DNA from: a virus
IMG/VR virus record: IMGVR_UViG_3300045988_102975
Location: 1-36,004 of that record
Direction: 5' to 3' (one strand)
Length of the DNA stretch: 36,004 bases
Shown here: in pieces, positions 32,818-36,004 of the stretch
Layout of the letters: every line of letters starts with the position of its first letter
Position numbering within the stretch: the stretch's first letter is position 1
Program-made: the position numbers and the translations under genes
The notes under the pieces: model-generated
The model's input: the letters and a program-made list of their open reading frames with translations, nothing else
Told to the model about the DNA's origin: nothing
The model's database searches: none

Positions 32818-32876
32818 ATGTGGTATCTTATCAAGTCTGGCTGAGGCGAAAGTTAAACAAAAATTTTTACAAACGT

Positions 32877-33167
32877 ATGAGAAAATCAGAAATTTTCGCC
32901 GCAATTCTTTCAGACGTCTCCTCGGAGGCGGAAATTGACAGTGACCGGATATTGTCTTCAGAACGCAAGGAAGAGGTCGTGGACGCGCGTTATCTCGTTA
33001 TTTTCCTGTTGCTCGGCAACGGCTTCTATCCTGCAATGATTGCAGAGAGGATGGGCTTGTCGGCCCGTGCCGTCAGGAGCGCAATATCGGGGTTCGAGGC
33101 GCGCCTTGCGAACTCTGCGGGTCTCCGTCTTGTCTGCGAGCGGCTGTCTCGAAAGTGGCTTGCATAA
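32877..33167 (+). CDS. Small HTH protein resembling the DnaA C-terminal DNA-binding domain
   Basis: 96 aa from the internal ATG. The SSERKEEVVDARYLVIFLL...AERMGLSARAVRSAI pattern matches. The upstream part of the ORF looks non-coding. Confidence 0.4.
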   Translation: MRKSEIFAAILSDVSSEAEIDSDRILSSERKEEVVDARYLVIFLLLGNGFYPAMIAERMGLSARAVRSAISGFEARLANSAGLRLVCERLSRKWLA

Positions 33168-33315
33168 ATAAGGAAACAACGCGGAAGCAATAGACACTAA
33201 ACACGGAGCTAACTGCCTGAATATCAACAAAGATAGTAATATGTTTGCAGCACGATGTACACGTGCCAAGACCGCCGAAGGCAAAAGAGGCGGATAACAT
33301 TAAAACTATCGAATC

Positions 33316-33813
33316 ATGGACGATAACATGTTACCTTATATCCTTGACAGGAGAGACGATTGTCGCCACAGAGGCTCAAAGGGAATGGCTGCAACAGGCA
33401 TCGGCTTGGCTGCCGGACTTGGCGGAGGCGCATTGCTCTTCGCGATCGCCGGACTTTGGGGGCTGAACAAGGCTTCAGAGGCCAGAGCGGCAGGAACCAA
33501 TCATGGACTTGCAGGCGTCGCCACAGCATTGGCCGCACTCAACGGACACGTCGCCAACGAGCGCGCGTCACGCGAGGCTTGGCAGGCTGCGAACGCGCCT
33601 AGCATCCGCAACTATGTGGACGTGAGCAACACGCCTGTCGCTGCATCCACCAGCGTCTCAAACGCCGTGGCTGATGCCCTCGCATTGGCCGCAGCATTGA
33701 ACAACAACAGCAACCCGCTCAACAGCGCAATCGGTCAGGAGAGCTTCCTGCGCGTGCAGAGGTACTCCGCTCCGCAGCCGTGCGGATGCGACACATGCTC
33801 TTGCGGTAATTAA
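33316..33813 (+). CDS. Membrane-anchored Ala/Gly-rich protein with a Cys-rich C-terminus (CGCDTCSCGN)
   Basis: 165 aa with one Gly/Ala-rich TM helix near the N-terminus. No homology I can recognise. Confidence 0.5.
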   Translation: MDDNMLPYILDRRDDCRHRGSKGMAATGIGLAAGLGGGALLFAIAGLWGLNKASEARAAGTNHGLAGVATALAALNGHVANERASREAWQAANAPSIRNYVDVSNTPVAASTSVSNAVADALALAAALNNNSNPLNSAIGQESFLRVQRYSAPQPCGCDTCSCGN

Positions 33814-33824
33814 CACGAGAGGTT

Positions 33825-34160
33825 ATGGCCCAATTCTTCAGTAAACCACGCATCGACCTGTCGGTGCTCCGTCCGACTTCCAAGCTGTCGCTCAAGCTGA
33901 CTTGTTTGGCCGCCTGCGACAATGACGTGAAGACCGCTACGGAGCTGTACGACTTCATCGCCGGAGACATGGCGCTTCCTGACATCGACCCTGAAAGGCC
34001 GACGACGTTCGGCATGATAAAGCAGGGCGCGGAAGACATCTTCGGATGGGTCCAGGAACACAAGGACGAGCTGATGCAGGGCTACCAGCTGATAAGGGGA
34101 ATGAGGGGCGGCGCAACGGCGGCAACGCCTCCGGCAGCCCCTCCAATACCTGACATCTGA
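33825..34160 (+). CDS. Hypothetical protein
   Basis: 111-aa ORF with a Pro/Ala-rich C-terminus. Confidence 0.5.
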   Translation: MAQFFSKPRIDLSVLRPTSKLSLKLTCLAACDNDVKTATELYDFIAGDMALPDIDPERPTTFGMIKQGAEDIFGWVQEHKDELMQGYQLIRGMRGGATAATPPAAPPIPDI

Positions 34161-34348
34161 TGAAACCCTACAAGGCACAATTCTACGTCTACGCCGACAG
34201 CGAGCAGGAGGTCAGGGAGCTGGAAAAGGCTCTCCACGACTTCACGGCGGCGCAATACGGCAAAGGCGTGCTGGTCTCCGCCACGAAAATCACGGAGGCT
34301 GTCAGAAGGTTCGGCCATAACCTGCTCATAACACAATTCCTGAAATGA
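34160..34348 (+). CDS. Hypothetical protein
   Basis: 62-aa ORF with a 1-nt overlap with the upstream stop codon. Confidence 0.5.
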   Translation: MKPYKAQFYVYADSEQEVRELEKALHDFTAAQYGKGVLVSATKITEAVRRFGHNLLITQFLK

Positions 34349-34539
34349 GCGACGGACCTAAAAACATCTTCGAGCAGATACTCTACGGCCTTGAGGTCAC
34401 GAACAACAATATCGTGGAAATCTCAAAGGACATAGCAGCTCTGCTTGAGAGCATCGCCGAACTCAAGGCGGCGATTCTGCCGTCAACCGCACCGGACGGA
34501 ACGGACAAGGCATTTTCCGGTAACCAAGTAAATGAATAA
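34345..34539 (+). CDS. Hypothetical helical protein
   Basis: 64-aa ORF with an ATGA overlap. Confidence 0.5.
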   Translation: MSDGPKNIFEQILYGLEVTNNNIVEISKDIAALLESIAELKAAILPSTAPDGTDKAFSGNQVNE

Positions 34540-34954
34540 CACCATGGCAAAGAACGCAACCATAACTACGACCCTTGCAGCAGGTTCGGCTGCATCGCCT
34601 TACTACTTCATGGCCAACCTCACGAAGTCGCTGTGCGCTCCGTGCTGTGCCGCCACGCCGCCCGTATTCGCGCCGAAATTCTCCGTCGTGGGAATTTCCG
34701 CCGTCGGAACAGGGCAGTACGTCGCGACAATCAACGTCCAGGGGCTTATCACCTACGACCCGTGCGGAACAAACTGCTGCGCGAAGACGGAGCCGGTGAA
34801 CCAAAACTTCACCATTCCTTTCGCATCGGCAGCAGCGCCGACATCCGTGTCGGTCACCGCCGGAACAACGACGAACGCAATATCCGCACAGCCTTGCAAG
34901 GTATGCGGCCGCGTGTTCGTTTCGGAGACGCCTCTCGCGCTAGCAGTCGCATAG
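34532..34954 (+). CDS. Hypothetical Ala/Thr-rich protein with three Cys clusters (CAPCC, CGTNCC, CKVC); alternative start at 34544
   Basis: 140-aa ORF, beta-rich by composition, no signal peptide. Confidence 0.5.
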   Translation: MNNTMAKNATITTTLAAGSAASPYYFMANLTKSLCAPCCAATPPVFAPKFSVVGISAVGTGQYVATINVQGLITYDPCGTNCCAKTEPVNQNFTIPFASAAAPTSVSVTAGTTTNAISAQPCKVCGRVFVSETPLALAVA

Positions 34955-34958
34955 CGTC

Positions 34959-35261
34959 ATGAACTGGGTCGCAACGGCGCTGTTGGCGGCCTTCGCGGTC
35001 GCCCTGGCGCATCACCTCGGCCTAGTGGAGAAAGTGGCCGAAACGGCGCGGGAAATCGCCGGATGCTCACGATGCTCCGTGTTCTGGGCGGTCCTCTGCG
35101 TGCTTCTCTTTGAAGGGGTCAACGCCGTGGCCGCTTTCGGGGCGGCAATCATGCTGGCGTACCTCTCGGACTGGTTCGGCCTCGTTCTCTTTAAGGCCGC
35201 AAAACTATATGATAGGCTATGGCAAAGAATAAACAACAGGCGCAACGGACTGACGAACTGA
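34959..35261 (+). CDS. Small integral membrane protein (about 3 TM helices)
   Basis: 100 aa with hydrophobic segments and a CSRC motif. Confidence 0.55.
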   Translation: MNWVATALLAAFAVALAHHLGLVEKVAETAREIAGCSRCSVFWAVLCVLLFEGVNAVAAFGAAIMLAYLSDWFGLVLFKAAKLYDRLWQRINNRRNGLTN

Positions 35262-35359
35262 AGCCGCAGGCTCCGGCGGTCAAGACCATCCGGTACATGC
35301 CGGTGCCGAAGTTCGGCACGTGTCCGCAATGCGTCAAAACAAACACTACTACGACATGA
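35219..35359 (+). CDS. Possible 46-aa ORF (MAKNKQQAQRTDELKPQ...TCPQCVKTNTTTT)
   Basis: My own translation. It ends in an ATGA overlap with the next gene but overlaps the previous gene by 43 nt. Confidence 0.2.
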   Translation: MAKNKQQAQRTDELKPQAPAVKTIRYMPVPKFGTCPQCVKTNTTTT

Positions 35360-35826
35360 ACGATATAGCAACAAGGTTCATATCTATTCTCCGCGAGAGG
35401 ATAGACACGGAAGCAGGACAGGCCATCATCCTGAAAATGGTCGGGGAGATGGACAGCGAAAGGCTCAACATCATCGCCGACGAGTGCGAGGACATGGTCA
35501 AGTTCCAGAACTACCTGTCGGAAGATGAGGCTGACTGCATCGTCCGCAAGTTCGTTAACTTCGACGGATCTAAAGGTCCGCACTGGTCAGATCCGGACGC
35601 CGCATTCCGAGCTGTTCAGGCTCTTGGCATGACTTACGAGGAGGAGGGAGAGTTCAACCGCTGGGCTTTCTTCGCTGTCCTGAACATGGTCTGGTCGGAC
35701 GAGTGGGGCGTGCTTCACAACTACGTCGAGCAGGACCAGGAAGTCCGCGTATGCGCGGAACTTGCGCACGCACGTCTCGAAGACAGAGACAAGGTTTTCT
35801 CCGTACGAAAATATTTTAACGTCTAG
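35356..35826 (+). CDS. Hypothetical protein (alternative start at 35320)
   Basis: 156 aa from MNDIATRF... Acidic and helical, with the segment VNFDGSKGPHWSDPD. Confidence 0.5.
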   Translation: MNDIATRFISILRERIDTEAGQAIILKMVGEMDSERLNIIADECEDMVKFQNYLSEDEADCIVRKFVNFDGSKGPHWSDPDAAFRAVQALGMTYEEEGEFNRWAFFAVLNMVWSDEWGVLHNYVEQDQEVRVCAELAHARLEDRDKVFSVRKYFNV

Positions 35827-35916
35827 CCGAAAGTATCGGACAAATCACATATCTTTGCACCCGATTTGAGACGGCTGGGAAGCATGGATTTTTTCCGAAT
35901 TTTTACAAATGTTTAC

Positions 35917-36004
35917 AAATAGTTTAACAACGCAGAAATTTCTGCGTGAGATACTTGCTTGACATTCACTTAATTACAATATTAATAGTATAATGTGCAT
36001 ACTA
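35917..36004. repeat. Right copy of the 88-bp direct terminal repeat
   Basis: Identical to 1-88. Confidence 0.9.

Larger units (their letters stand above)
1..35916. mobile_element. Complete temperate tailed-phage genome (one circular unit; HK97-type head, long non-contractile-type tail module)
   Basis: Exact 88-bp terminal overlap. The unit holds a full set of integrase, repressor, recombination/replication, terminase, portal, protease, capsid, tail and lysis genes, with no host-like flanks. Confidence 0.85.

Noticed and set aside
32706-32876. The N-terminal 57 codons of the 32706-33167 ORF, and likewise the upstream extensions of the ORFs at 3488, 11104, 12418, 22391 and 25786.
   Set aside because: The upstream parts are compositionally odd or overlap neighbouring genes. 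Internal ATGs coincide with stop/start overlaps or AGGAGG-like motifs and give protein-like N-termini.
1-36004. Interpreting the 88-bp terminal repeats as attL/attR of an integrated prophage flanked by host DNA.
   Set aside because: The window begins and ends exactly with the repeat and contains no host-like genes outside it. This fits a circular contig overlap, although the true attP probably lies near this region.
1-36004. Stop-codon reassignment (alternative genetic code) linked to the tRNA-like modules.
   Set aside because: All recognisable genes are intact full-length ORFs under the standard code, with no in-frame TAG/TGA interruptions.

Overview
The window is one complete, circularly closed temperate tailed-phage genome of about 35.9 kb. 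Bases 1-88 recur exactly at 35917-36004, so the unit is 35916 bp and there is no host flank.

Gene order on the circle:
- attP-like non-coding region and tyrosine integrase (226-1452).
- Leftward lysogeny operon: an XRE/CI-like repressor (3444-3064) followed by three AT-rich accessory genes (3041-1584).
- Divergent control region with a thrice-repeated operator-like motif.
- Rightward early region: an ORF-free, highly structured ~400-nt segment, an ERF recombinase, a Gp157-like protein, a replication protein with embedded iterons, SSB, many small ORFs, an orphan HigA-like HTH, two DNA methyltransferases (one fused to ParB), and ASCH and VRR-NUC proteins.
- Packaging genes TerS and TerL, then a two-gene antisense insert.
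- Portal, MuF-like protein, prohead protease, HK97-type capsid, connectors, major tail protein, a G/GT chaperone with an A10 slippery run, and tape measure.
- Two large tail-tip proteins, then holin, GH19 endolysin and a lipoprotein u-spanin candidate.
- A DnaA-C-like HTH gene, then a tightly coupled module of about 8 small Cys-rich or membrane ORFs with no function I can recognise.

TAnnTTTG boxes, the integrase architecture and an ...FAQ signal peptide suggest a Bacteroidota host. This is inference, and AGGAGG-like motifs before several starts are slightly at odds with it. I found no rRNA, CRISPR array, reverse transcriptase/DGR or foldable canonical tRNA.

Most noteworthy observations:
1. 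A ribosomal L7/L12 C-terminal-domain look-alike fused to the end of a 763-aa tail protein.
2. The structured ORF-free early segment carrying two tRNA T-arm/acceptor-like modules.
3. The rex-like positioned accessory genes behind the repressor.
4. The uncharacterised right-arm module.
5. A 20-bp element repeated ahead of two late transcription units.
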